DNA of 64,000 nt from Spirochaetia bacterium. GTDB taxonomy: Bacteria; Spirochaetota; Spirochaetia; CADAEX01. Below, one piece after another: positions 1 through 9,064 of this stretch (position 1 is the stretch's first letter; each line of letters begins with the position of its first letter). The position numbers and the translations under genes are program-made. Below the pieces are notes generated by a model. The model saw nothing but the letters and a program-made list of their open reading frames with translations, searched no databases and was not told where the DNA came from. The stretch lies in contig OY759746.1 in assembly GCA_963662795.1 (NCBI GenBank), positions 1,632,001 through 1,696,000 of the forward strand, given 5' to 3'.

Positions 1-670
1 TTGTCTTAGGGGGCCATATTTCACAATGGCGACACTTGGAATGACATTAGCTATCAGAAATGCATTTTTAAACTGGGAGATGATTGGTAAAGCAGAAGGA
101 CTGCTTCTCCCGTTTCGAAGTTCAAATTCCTGGTTCTGGTTCCAGTTTACCGATAAAAAACCTTACTATTTTACTGCTTTGCTGCTGGTTATTTCTTTTA
201 TTATACTAAGTCTTAAAATATCAAGGTCACGATTCGGTTATGCTCTTAAAGCCATAAAAGAAAATGAAAATACAGCTTCGGCAGTAGGCATTGACAAGAC
301 CAAGTACAAGTTATACGCCATGGTAACAAGTACTGTTATGATAAGTATATGCGGTAGTTTTTATGCAAACTATATCCGCTTTGTCGATCCAGATGTTATG
401 GTAATCCCCAGATCAATTGAAATTGTTCTGCCTGTAATAATGGGTGGAATCGGAACAGTTATAGGACCTGTTATAGGCGCGATTATTTTTACTCCGTTAG
501 CGGAAATATTAAGAACGACTCTTGGCGGTTTTATGGCAGGAGCTCATTATGTAGTTATTGCTGTCATTATGATTTTGATTATAGAATTTAAACCAGACGG
601 TCTTCATCATTGGTTTATGACACATTATGTTCAGTTGTTGAAAGCAATAACTGGCAGAAAAGAAAAATAA
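1..670 (+). CDS. Liv/HAAT-type ABC transporter permease (LivM-like), 5' end lies outside the window
   Basis: The frame is open from base 2 and reads CLRGPYFTMATLG (LivM LRGxYF motif). It also has SRFGYALKAIKENE and GGIGTVIGPVIGA, with multiple hydrophobic helices. Confidence 0.9.
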   Translation, partial: CLRGPYFTMATLGMTLAIRNAFLNWEMIGKAEGLLLPFRSSNSWFWFQFTDKKPYYFTALLLVISFIILSLKISRSRFGYALKAIKENENTASAVGIDKTKYKLYAMVTSTVMISICGSFYANYIRFVDPDVMVIPRSIEIVLPVIMGGIGTVIGPVIGAIIFTPLAEILRTTLGGFMAGAHYVVIAVIMILIIEFKPDGLHHWFMTHYVQLLKAITGRKEK

Positions 671-685
671 TTTTTTGGAGAAATT

Positions 686-1411
686 ATGAATTTGTTAAAA
701 ATACAAGGTGTTTCAAAAGATTTTAAAGGTCTGCACGCTGTTGTAAATGTAAGCTTCAATGTCAATGAAGGAGAAATCGTTGGACTTATTGGTCCCAATG
801 GTGCCGGGAAAACTACATTATTTAATCTGGTAAGTAGATTTTTACCTGTTAGTTCCGGACGGATTTTTTTTGAAAATACTGAGATAACGAAGAAAAATCC
901 TGCGACAATAAGCAATATGGGAATTGCAAGAACTTTTCAGATTGTTCAACCTCTTCTGGAGCTGACAGTTCTTGAAAATGTAATGATTGGAGCAATGTTC
1001 GGAAGAAGCAATATCATACACAGAAAAACTGCAGAAAAAAAAGCTGAGGAGATAATAGAATTTACAGGTCTTTCCAGACAAAAAAACGAGCTGGCAAAGG
1101 TTCTCGGAACACCTGGAAGAAAAAGACTGGAGCTGTCAAGAGCTTTGGCTGCTGACCCCAAAATAATGCTGCTGGATGAAGTAATGGCAGGCCTGACTCC
1201 AACAGAAGTAGAAGAGTGTATGGAGTTGATACAGATGATTAATAAAAGAGGTATTACAATCCTGATGGTTGAACATGTTATGAGGGCGGTTATGAATATC
1301 TCACACAGGATTGTTGTACTAAATTACGGAAAAATGATTGCTGAAGGAATACCGGAAGAAATCAGTACAAACAAGGAAGTTATTGAAGTTTATCTCGGAA
1401 AGGATGAGTAA
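686..1411 (+). CDS. Liv-type ABC ATPase (LivG-like)
   Basis: Walker A GPNGAGKT, ARTFQ, LLDEVMAG, VEH, C-terminal VIEVYLG. GGAG RBS at 676-679. Confidence 0.93.
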   Translation: MNLLKIQGVSKDFKGLHAVVNVSFNVNEGEIVGLIGPNGAGKTTLFNLVSRFLPVSSGRIFFENTEITKKNPATISNMGIARTFQIVQPLLELTVLENVMIGAMFGRSNIIHRKTAEKKAEEIIEFTGLSRQKNELAKVLGTPGRKRLELSRALAADPKIMLLDEVMAGLTPTEVEECMELIQMINKRGITILMVEHVMRAVMNISHRIVVLNYGKMIAEGIPEEISTNKEVIEVYLGKDE

Positions 1412-2120
1412 TATGCTTGATGTTAAAAAATTAAATGTAGCATATGGTGATGTGCAGGTATTGTGGGATATTGATTTTGAAATTAAACAGGGCGAATTAG
1501 TTGCCTTGATAGGTTCAAACGGAGCCGGGAAAACAACAGTTTTAAAAACTATTTCCGGAATTCTCAAGCCAATTAGCGGGGAAATTATTTTTGAAGGACA
1601 GAATCTTGAAAATACCGGTTGTCCAACAGTTACCAGGGCAGGCTTGACACAGGTTCCTGAAGGACGACAAATATTTTATGACATGACTGTTTTGGAAAAC
1701 CTTGAGTTGGGCGGTTATGTTATGAAGGATAAGGAAAATAGAATTGAAAATATTGAAAAAATGCTGAAAATGTTTCCTCGTTTGAATGAAAGAAAGAAAC
1801 AGTTGGCAGGAACACTGAGCGGCGGTGAGCAGCAGATGCTTGCAATTGCCAGGAGTCTTATTCCTAATCCTAAACTGGTTATGCTTGACGAACCATCACT
1901 GGGCCTTGCCCCAAATCTTGTAAGTATGATCTTCGATACAATTAAAATATTAAGAGATGAAATAGGTCTTACCGTATTAATTGTCGAACAGGATGTTAAG
2001 AAAGCATTATCCATAGCTGAAAGAGGTTATGTATTTGAAAACGGTAAAATAGTACATAAAGGCAGTACTGAATCTTTAATTAATGATCCAGACATAAAAA
2101 AAATGTATTTGGGTCTTTAA
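1404..2120 (+). CDS. Liv-type ABC ATPase (LivF-like)
   Basis: GSNGAGKT, QVPEGRQIF, LSGGEQQML, LDEPSLGLAP. Start taken as ATG 1404 (or 1413) rather than 1338. Confidence 0.93.
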   Translation: MSNMLDVKKLNVAYGDVQVLWDIDFEIKQGELVALIGSNGAGKTTVLKTISGILKPISGEIIFEGQNLENTGCPTVTRAGLTQVPEGRQIFYDMTVLENLELGGYVMKDKENRIENIEKMLKMFPRLNERKKQLAGTLSGGEQQMLAIARSLIPNPKLVMLDEPSLGLAPNLVSMIFDTIKILRDEIGLTVLIVEQDVKKALSIAERGYVFENGKIVHKGSTESLINDPDIKKMYLGL

Positions 2121-2145
2121 TTTAAATAATTAATGGAGGTTATTT

Positions 2146-3399
2146 ATGAAAAGAATTTTGATTATTCTTTTAGTGCTCTGTGTGAGCGCAGGTGCTTTTG
2201 CAGGTGGCACAAAAGAAGCCGCCGGTGAAAAAGCCGGAGCCGATGTTGTAAAAATAGGTGCTATCTATCCGCTTACAGGCGGAGTTGCACCAATTGGTTT
2301 AAACATCAAGAAAGGTCTGGATTTCGCTGTTGAGGAAATTAATGGAAGTGGCGGAATTATGGGAAAACAGGTTAAAATCATTTATGGTGATTCAACCGGT
2401 GATCCGAAAGTAGGTATGGCTGAAGCAGAGAGACTGATTACACGGGAAGATGTATCAATAATAATTGGTTCTTATCAGAGTTCAGTATCAAATGTAGTTT
2501 CTGAGGTAGCACAGAGATATGAAACACCTAATATTACTGCTATTTCAACAGCTGATGTCATTACAACAAGAGGATATGATTATTTTTTTAGAATGGCTCC
2601 TACAAATATGCTCTTCCTGCGGGACATGATTCAGTATTGTGCAGATGTAAACGATAAATACAAGCTGGGTTATAAAACTGTGGGAATTATTACCGGTAAC
2701 GACCTTCTTGGACAGGAAAGCAGAAAATGGGCAAAATACTGGAGCGAAAAACTTGGCTTGAATGTAATCAGCGAAGTACAGTACACAATTAATGCTGTTG
2801 ATCTTTCTTCTGAAGTTCTTACTGTCAAGAAAGCAAATCCAGATATACTTGTTATTGATCCATATATTTCTGATGCTATACTGATTACCAAAACACTTCA
2901 TGAACAGGGCTTTACACCAAAAATTGTCATTGGAAAAGCAACCGGTCTAATTGATCCAAGTTATATTCCAACAGTTGGGGCTCTTGCAAACGGTGTTACT
3001 ACAGCAACCGAATGGAATGTTGATATTGTGAAAGCAGAAGCTGTGAATGCAAAATTCAACAAGAAATATGGAATTAATATGAATGGGCACTCTGCTGAAG
3101 TTTATACAGCTATGTATATAGTAAAAGAAGCTATTGAGAAAGCAAAGAGCACGGATAGAAAAGCTATAAAAACTGCTCTTGAAGATCTTGAAATAAATGA
3201 AAAATTTTCAAATGGTCAAAAAATAATATTACCTTATGATAAGATTAAATTTGATGACTATGAAAACGCAGCAGGAAAAAATACCAATCAGAATAAATAT
3301 GTCAAGTTAACTGTTGTTCAGATTCAGGATGGTAAATATATAACGGTATGGCCTTTTGAAGCTGCAGCTAAAGAACCAATTGTTCCCTTGAAATGGTAA
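2146..3399 (+). CDS. ABC substrate-binding protein, leucine-binding (Peripla_BP_6) family
   Basis: Signal peptide ending AFAGG, KIGAIYPLTG, AVEEINGSGGIMG, GSYQSSVS, YFFRMAP. GGAGG RBS. Confidence 0.9.
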   Translation: MKRILIILLVLCVSAGAFAGGTKEAAGEKAGADVVKIGAIYPLTGGVAPIGLNIKKGLDFAVEEINGSGGIMGKQVKIIYGDSTGDPKVGMAEAERLITREDVSIIIGSYQSSVSNVVSEVAQRYETPNITAISTADVITTRGYDYFFRMAPTNMLFLRDMIQYCADVNDKYKLGYKTVGIITGNDLLGQESRKWAKYWSEKLGLNVISEVQYTINAVDLSSEVLTVKKANPDILVIDPYISDAILITKTLHEQGFTPKIVIGKATGLIDPSYIPTVGALANGVTTATEWNVDIVKAEAVNAKFNKKYGINMNGHSAEVYTAMYIVKEAIEKAKSTDRKAIKTALEDLEINEKFSNGQKIILPYDKIKFDDYENAAGKNTNQNKYVKLTVVQIQDGKYITVWPFEAAAKEPIVPLKW

Positions 3400-3418
3400 T
3401 TTGATTTTCATGTAAGTC

Positions 3419-3458
3419 ATGACCTTCCGGATATAATCCTGAAGGTCATTATTTTTTA
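3419..3458. terminator. Probable bidirectional intrinsic terminator between convergent genes
   Basis: ATGACCTTC(3419)...GAAGGTCAT(3449) inverted repeat followed by a T-run, between the SBP stop and the AraC stop. Confidence 0.6.
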
Positions 3459-3466
3459 AATAATAT

Positions 3467-4312
3467 TCAGTCAAGAATGTTTTTATAATTTTCCCTGTAT
3501 TGAAAGGGCGTGACCATATAGTATTTTTTAAATATTTTATAAAAATGACTTGTACTGTTAAAACCGCAGTCAAAAATTATATCTAAAACTTCAGTTGTAG
3601 TAAAAGCAAGTTTATAAGCAGCCCATGACATTCTTGCCTGTGTTACAACTTCAGTTATGGTTTTACCTGTTCTTTTTTTTAATTCTCTTTCTACATGCTC
3701 AGGCGATTTGTTACAAAGAGACACAAAACCCGGAACCCCTTTTGTGAAAAATTGAGGTTCCTGAATTCTTTTAATGGCATAGTTTAACCATTCTATTGCA
3801 CTGCCTGATTCTGATCCTGAAGCTGATTTAGCTATTACGCTGATCAGGTTGAGCAGGAATCTTTCAAGTTCAAATATTGATTTATCATTACTTGATAAAA
3901 GTCTGTTGAAATTAGTTTCAACCCAGCATTGCTGGAATAAATTCAGTTTAATTATGTCAGGATATTCAGGCTTGCTGTCAAAAAAAAATAATGAGTTATC
4001 GTGATACCTGGTTCTTATATGATTCATGGAATCAATCGGAAAAAAAATATGAAGCAATGAAAAACCTTCGTCATATTCCGGAAAACTATGTATATCAATA
4101 TTTGGTCTGATAAAAAGTAAATCGCCTTTTTTAATTGTCATTTTTTTGTTATTGATCAAGTGTGTTCCTGAGCTGTTTTCTGCATAAAGTATTTCAGCAT
4201 AATCATGTTCATGCGGCGGCAGAAAAGGTTTTATCTCTTTTCTAAGTTGATCAACTTTGTAATATCCAATCAGTGAAGAAGTAATTTCATTAGTCCAATA
4301 TAGTTTGAACAT
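3467..4312 (-). CDS. AraC-family transcriptional regulator (cupin sensor plus HTH), divergent from the transketolase operon
   Basis: N-terminal HEHDYAE cupin motif. C-terminal DCGFNSTSHFYKIFKKYYMVTPFQYR AraC signature. Confidence 0.9.
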   Translation of the reverse strand: MFKLYWTNEITSSLIGYYKVDQLRKEIKPFLPPHEHDYAEILYAENSSGTHLINNKKMTIKKGDLLFIRPNIDIHSFPEYDEGFSLLHIFFPIDSMNHIRTRYHDNSLFFFDSKPEYPDIIKLNLFQQCWVETNFNRLLSSNDKSIFELERFLLNLISVIAKSASGSESGSAIEWLNYAIKRIQEPQFFTKGVPGFVSLCNKSPEHVERELKKRTGKTITEVVTQARMSWAAYKLAFTTTEVLDIIFDCGFNSTSHFYKIFKKYYMVTPFQYRENYKNILD

Positions 4313-4467
4313 ATATGATATTTAATATTTATCTAGTGTTAAGTCAACTAAATACGTATATATATTTTAATAATCTCAATAAAGGATAATAAATAGTCAA
4401 TTAAAAATAAGATAAAAAAATAAGCCGGTTGTATATTTAATTAACTTAAATATACAAAGGAATACTT

Positions 4468-5301
4468 ATGCTAAAAGAAGATTTAGGTAAATTAATCAAG
4501 ATAGCTCAGGAAATAAGATTGCTGATATTAAAAACAACTCATACTGCCGGGTGCGGTCATACCGGCGGGTCATTATCTGAAGCTGATATCCTTACTGCAT
4601 TATATTTTAATATTATGAACATCGATCCTGCAAATCCGGGAAAAACTGATCGTGACAGATTTATTCTTTCCAAGGGACATGCGACACCCGGATTTTATTC
4701 TACTCTTGCAAGGAGAGGTTTTTTCCCCGTTGAGGTTCTTTCAACTTTTGATAAAGAAGAAAGTATTCTGCAGGGTCATCCTGATATGAATAAAACCCCA
4801 GGTGTTGATATGACAACCGGGTCGCTTGGGCAGGGGCTTTCCTGCGGAGTCGGGATGGCTATCGGCGGTGAAGACAGGAATAATAAATTTTATACATATG
4901 TACTTCTTGGTGACGGTGAATGCCAGGAAGGTCAGGTTTGGGAAACTGCGCTTTTCGCAGGCAGCAGAAAAGTAAAAAGAATAATAGCAATTACTGATTA
5001 TAATAAAGTTCAGCTTGCATCAACTGTTGATGAGACCTCATCTCTGGAACCTCTGGAAGATAAATGGAAAGCATTTGGATGGACTGTACTGAGATGTGAC
5101 GGACATGCTATGGAGAAACTGGTAGAGACATTAAACAGGGCAAAAAAGTTAAGTGAAACAGGACCGGTTGCGATTATTGCAGATACAGTCAAGGGTAAAG
5201 GCGTTTCCTTTATGCAGAATAAATGGCAATGGCACGGTAAGGCTCCGAACAAAGATGAATATGAACAGGCAGTTAACGAAGTATCTGGAGGTATAAAATA
5301 A
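4468..5301 (+). CDS. Split transketolase, N-terminal (TPP-binding) subunit, copy 1
   Basis: GHTGGSLS, LSKGHA, LQGHPD, TGSLGQG, GDGECQEGQVWE, TVKGKG, WHG. Confidence 0.93.
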   Translation: MLKEDLGKLIKIAQEIRLLILKTTHTAGCGHTGGSLSEADILTALYFNIMNIDPANPGKTDRDRFILSKGHATPGFYSTLARRGFFPVEVLSTFDKEESILQGHPDMNKTPGVDMTTGSLGQGLSCGVGMAIGGEDRNNKFYTYVLLGDGECQEGQVWETALFAGSRKVKRIIAITDYNKVQLASTVDETSSLEPLEDKWKAFGWTVLRCDGHAMEKLVETLNRAKKLSETGPVAIIADTVKGKGVSFMQNKWQWHGKAPNKDEYEQAVNEVSGGIK

Positions 5302-6242
5302 TGAAAATCGGAGAAGAGATTGCAGGCAGAGTAGCTTTTGGAAAAGCATTGGAAACGCTTGGAGAAAAATATCCGGATTTGGTTGTACTGGATTCCGATG
5401 TATGTGCATCAACGCAGACAAAATATTTTAAGGATAAATACCCGGAGAGATTTTATCAGATTGGAATAGCAGAAGCGACAATGATAGGTGTTTCTGCAGG
5501 ACTTGCAACAACAGGATTTATCCCTTTTGTCTCAGCGTTTGCGATATTTCTGGCGAAGAGAGCCGTTGATCAGATAAGGGTATCAATTGCCTATGCTGAT
5601 TTGAATGTAAAATTAAACGGAGGATATGGCGGACTCCCAACCGGACAGGCCGGGGCTACCCATTCATCGCTTGAAGATATTGCGATAATGAGAGCAATGC
5701 CTAATATGAAAGTATTTGTTCCCGCTGATCCAATGGAAACAGCCAAGGCAACAGAACTTTTAATTCAGACAAAGGGCCCCGCATACCTGCGGACTGTAAG
5801 GTGTCCGGTTCCTGTTATTTTTGACGATAATCACAAGCCCGAGTTTGGAAAGGCAACCGTTATTAATGAAGGAAAAGATATCGTAATAATTTCAACCGGC
5901 ATGATGACGCCAAAAGCGTTATTTGCTTCCGAAAAACTTAAAAAAAGCGGTATACATGCAAGAGTCATTCACATGGGAAGTATAAAACCGATTGACAGGG
6001 CTGCTGTTGTTAAAGCTGCCAAAGAGATAGGGACAATTATAACAATTGAGAACCACAGTATTTATGGCGGCCTCGGCAGCGCTATCGCAGAGATTGTCGG
6101 TGAGGAATATCCATGCAAGGTGAAAAGACTTGGTTTCAGGGATATATTCCCCGAATCAGGTAATGATGAATATCTATTCAGTAAATACGGGATGAATGTT
6201 GAAAACATTGAAGCTGCGGCTAAAAAAGAATTAGGTGTATAA
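5301..6242 (+). CDS. Split transketolase, C-terminal subunit, copy 1 (atypical active-site loop)
   Basis: GIAEATM, RAVDQIR, GATH, PAYLR, ENHSIYGGLGSA. Translationally coupled to the previous gene (TAATG). Confidence 0.92.
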   Translation: MKIGEEIAGRVAFGKALETLGEKYPDLVVLDSDVCASTQTKYFKDKYPERFYQIGIAEATMIGVSAGLATTGFIPFVSAFAIFLAKRAVDQIRVSIAYADLNVKLNGGYGGLPTGQAGATHSSLEDIAIMRAMPNMKVFVPADPMETAKATELLIQTKGPAYLRTVRCPVPVIFDDNHKPEFGKATVINEGKDIVIISTGMMTPKALFASEKLKKSGIHARVIHMGSIKPIDRAAVVKAAKEIGTIITIENHSIYGGLGSAIAEIVGEEYPCKVKRLGFRDIFPESGNDEYLFSKYGMNVENIEAAAKKELGV

Positions 6243-6243
6243 A

Positions 6244-7260
6244 ATGAAAGCGGTAGTCTGGGAAAATAAGGATGTAATAAACTTAAGTGAAGTTCCGGTT
6301 CCTGTCCCCGGGAAAGATGAAGCTTTAATAAAGGTCATAATGACCGGTATATGCGGATCTGATCTTACGATAATTTCCGGTAAACATCCAAGGGCTAAAA
6401 CTCCAACTGTTATTGGCCATGAATTTATCGGTATAGTTGAAGAAATAAATGGAAAATCAGATTCATTTAGTGTCGGCGACAGGGTTGCTGTCGAACCGCT
6501 GCTTTCATGTGGGCATTGCAAACATTGTCTGAACGGAAACGCCCATGTCTGCGGAACACTAAGGCTTCTGGGCATTGAAGCACCGGGTGCTTTCGCCGGG
6601 TATGCAACAGCACCGTTGAAAAAAATATTTAAGCTTCCTTCCAATATTTCTGATATTTCTGCTGTACTTTTAGAGCCGTTATCTGTAGCAGTGCATACTC
6701 TGAATTACAGCATGCTTCAGAAAGGAGAAGATGTCTCTGTAATTGGCGCCGGCCCCATTGGTTTATTGTGTGCTGAAGTCGCAAGAGCAAAGGGCGCAGG
6801 AAAAATATTTGTTTCTGAGGTTAATGCAGATAGAATTTTGATGGCTCAGAAAATGGGTTTTACAACAATAGATTCAAAAAAAACAGATCCGGTTGATTAT
6901 ATTCTGAAAGATACGAATGGAAAGGGTTCTGAAGTTACAATTGATGCTGCAGGTTCAAAACATACAGGAATGTTATTGATACCGATGACATCAATCAAGG
7001 GAAGAATAATGATGGCAGCCCTTCACAAGGAACCATGTGAAATTAATTTTCAGCAGTTGTCATACAGAGAACAAAAAATAATTGGCATAAGGATATATGC
7101 CGAAGGAGATTTTTCTGAATCTATTAAACTGCTTGAGAATAAAAAAATAAAAATAGAATCACTTGTAACAGGAATTTTCAGCATGGATGAATATCATCTG
7201 GCATTTGATAAAGCTAAAAATGATTCGGCAAGCTGCAAGATTGTAATTCGGCAGGATTAA
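6244..7260 (+). CDS. Zn-dependent medium-chain dehydrogenase (polyol/sugar-acid dehydrogenase-like)
   Basis: GICGSD, GHE, CGHCKHC..C structural Zn site, EPL, GAGPIG. Alternative start GTG 6235. Confidence 0.88.
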   Translation: MKAVVWENKDVINLSEVPVPVPGKDEALIKVIMTGICGSDLTIISGKHPRAKTPTVIGHEFIGIVEEINGKSDSFSVGDRVAVEPLLSCGHCKHCLNGNAHVCGTLRLLGIEAPGAFAGYATAPLKKIFKLPSNISDISAVLLEPLSVAVHTLNYSMLQKGEDVSVIGAGPIGLLCAEVARAKGAGKIFVSEVNADRILMAQKMGFTTIDSKKTDPVDYILKDTNGKGSEVTIDAAGSKHTGMLLIPMTSIKGRIMMAALHKEPCEINFQQLSYREQKIIGIRIYAEGDFSESIKLLENKKIKIESLVTGIFSMDEYHLAFDKAKNDSASCKIVIRQD

Positions 7261-7277
7261 AAATAATTATACAGCAG

Positions 7278-8126
7278 GTGAAATTTGTGAACAATGAATT
7301 ATCTGATTTATTAACTGAAAAAGCATTGAAAATACGACAAAACATCCTGAAAATGGTGGGCATTAAAAAAGCCGGACACCTGGGAGGGGCTGCCTCAATT
7401 GCGGAAATAGTCTCTGCGCTGTATTTTTACAAACTGGGTATTTCGATAAATAATTTTCAGCAATTGGACCGCAACAGGTTTATCATAAGCAAGGGTCATG
7501 CTGTTCTGACTCAATATGCGGCCCTTGCTGAACTTGGATTTTTCCCTGTTGAAGAACTGGGAAAAACAAAGACGCTGAGTGGTCTGTTGCAGGGCCATCC
7601 TGACTTGTCAATTCCGGGGATCGAGGCGGTTACTGGATCGCTTGGGCAGGGACTTTCAATTGCGCTGGGAATGGCATTGTCCATGCGGTTGGATAATATT
7701 GCTAAAAGAGTTTACGTAATTTTGGGTGACGGGGAACTGGCAGAAGGGCAGATTTGGGAAGCAGCCATGGCTGCTAATAATTTTAAAGTTAACAATATTA
7801 CGGCAATTATTGATTATAATAAAATCCAGTCTACAGGAAGAACAGAAGAAGTTTTCAACATACCTTATTTGCGGGATAAGTGGAGTTCCTTTGGATGGAA
7901 TGTTATTGAAATCAATGGACATGATATTAACGGTATTGTCACGGCATTTGATGAAAGTGAGAAAGCAGTTGAAAAACCAACCGTGATTATTGCTGATACT
8001 ATTAAAGGGAAAGGCTTTTCTTTCGCAGAGGACAGTGCCGCATATCATAACACAGAACTATCAGATGATTTGTTTAAAAAGGCATTTGATGAACTTGAAA
8101 TCCGTGCAGGGGAATTAAAGTCATGA
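7278..8126 (+). CDS. Split transketolase, N-terminal subunit, copy 2
   Basis: GHLGGA, SKGHA, LQGHPD, TGSLGQG, GDGELAEGQIWE, TIKGKG. Confidence 0.93.
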   Translation: MKFVNNELSDLLTEKALKIRQNILKMVGIKKAGHLGGAASIAEIVSALYFYKLGISINNFQQLDRNRFIISKGHAVLTQYAALAELGFFPVEELGKTKTLSGLLQGHPDLSIPGIEAVTGSLGQGLSIALGMALSMRLDNIAKRVYVILGDGELAEGQIWEAAMAANNFKVNNITAIIDYNKIQSTGRTEEVFNIPYLRDKWSSFGWNVIEINGHDINGIVTAFDESEKAVEKPTVIIADTIKGKGFSFAEDSAAYHNTELSDDLFKKAFDELEIRAGELKS

Positions 8127-9064
8127 GAGAAAACAAAAGTCTGAGAGAAGCCTACGGAAAAACTTTATTAAAACTCGGCAGTGATAATAAAAATATTGTA
8201 GTCCTTGAAGCTGATCTTGGAAAATCAACAAAGTCGAATATCTTCGGCGATAATTTCCCGGAACGTTATTTTCAGATGGGTATTTCGGAACAGAATATGG
8301 CCTCAACAGCTGCCGGTTTTGCATTATCAGGGAAGATACCTTATATACATTCATTTGCGGTGTTTGTTTCCGGAAGAACCTATGATCAGATCCGTAATTC
8401 GATTTGTGTGCCTGATTTAAAAGTGAGAATTTGCGGCTCTTCAAGCGGCTTGTCAGATTATGCTGATGGTAAAACCCATCAGGCACTTGAAGATGTAGCA
8501 ATAATGAGAGCCCTTCCCGCTATGAAGGTGTATTGTCCACTCGACTATCATGAAACTGAAATGATAGTTAAAAAAACCGCAGATATAGAAGGGCCGGTAT
8601 ATCTGAGAATCAATCGAAATGAACTACCTGTTTATTTTAATGGCAGTGAGAATTATGAACTGGGAAAGATTTCGAAAATCAGGGATGGAAATGATATAGT
8701 TGTCTTTGCAAATGGAATAATGGTTTCGCAGGCTGACTTGGCTGCCGGGTTACTTGAGTCTAAAGGACTTTCCGTGAAAATTATTAACGTTAGCAGCATT
8801 AAGCCTATCGATAAAGAAGGAATCATCCGTGAATCCAAAGGGATGAGGGCGGTCTTCGTTGCGGAAGAGCACAATGTTATCGGCGGTCTTGGCAGCGCAG
8901 TAGCAGAAGTCCTGGTGGGATCTTATTCCGGAAATTTTGAAATCATCGGTGTTAATGATGAGTATGGCAGATCTGCAGAAAATTATAATATTCTATTAAA
9001 ACATTATAAGCTGGATTCCATTAGCATTGTTGAAAGAGTAGAAAAAATATTTGGAGGAAAATAA
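8123..9064 (+). CDS. Split transketolase, C-terminal subunit, copy 2
   Basis: EADLGKST, GISEQNM, RTYDQIR, DGKTHQ, EEHNVIGGLGSA. ATGA overlap with the previous gene. Confidence 0.92.
   Translation: MRENKSLREAYGKTLLKLGSDNKNIVVLEADLGKSTKSNIFGDNFPERYFQMGISEQNMASTAAGFALSGKIPYIHSFAVFVSGRTYDQIRNSICVPDLKVRICGSSSGLSDYADGKTHQALEDVAIMRALPAMKVYCPLDYHETEMIVKKTADIEGPVYLRINRNELPVYFNGSENYELGKISKIRDGNDIVVFANGIMVSQADLAAGLLESKGLSVKIINVSSIKPIDKEGIIRESKGMRAVFVAEEHNVIGGLGSAVAEVLVGSYSGNFEIIGVNDEYGRSAENYNILLKHYKLDSISIVERVEKIFGGK

Noticed and set aside
4342-4405. AGTCAA(C/T)TAAA repeated 53 bp apart in the AraC/transketolase spacer
   Set aside because: Could be AraC sites or minus-strand -35 boxes, but too short and AT-rich to support.
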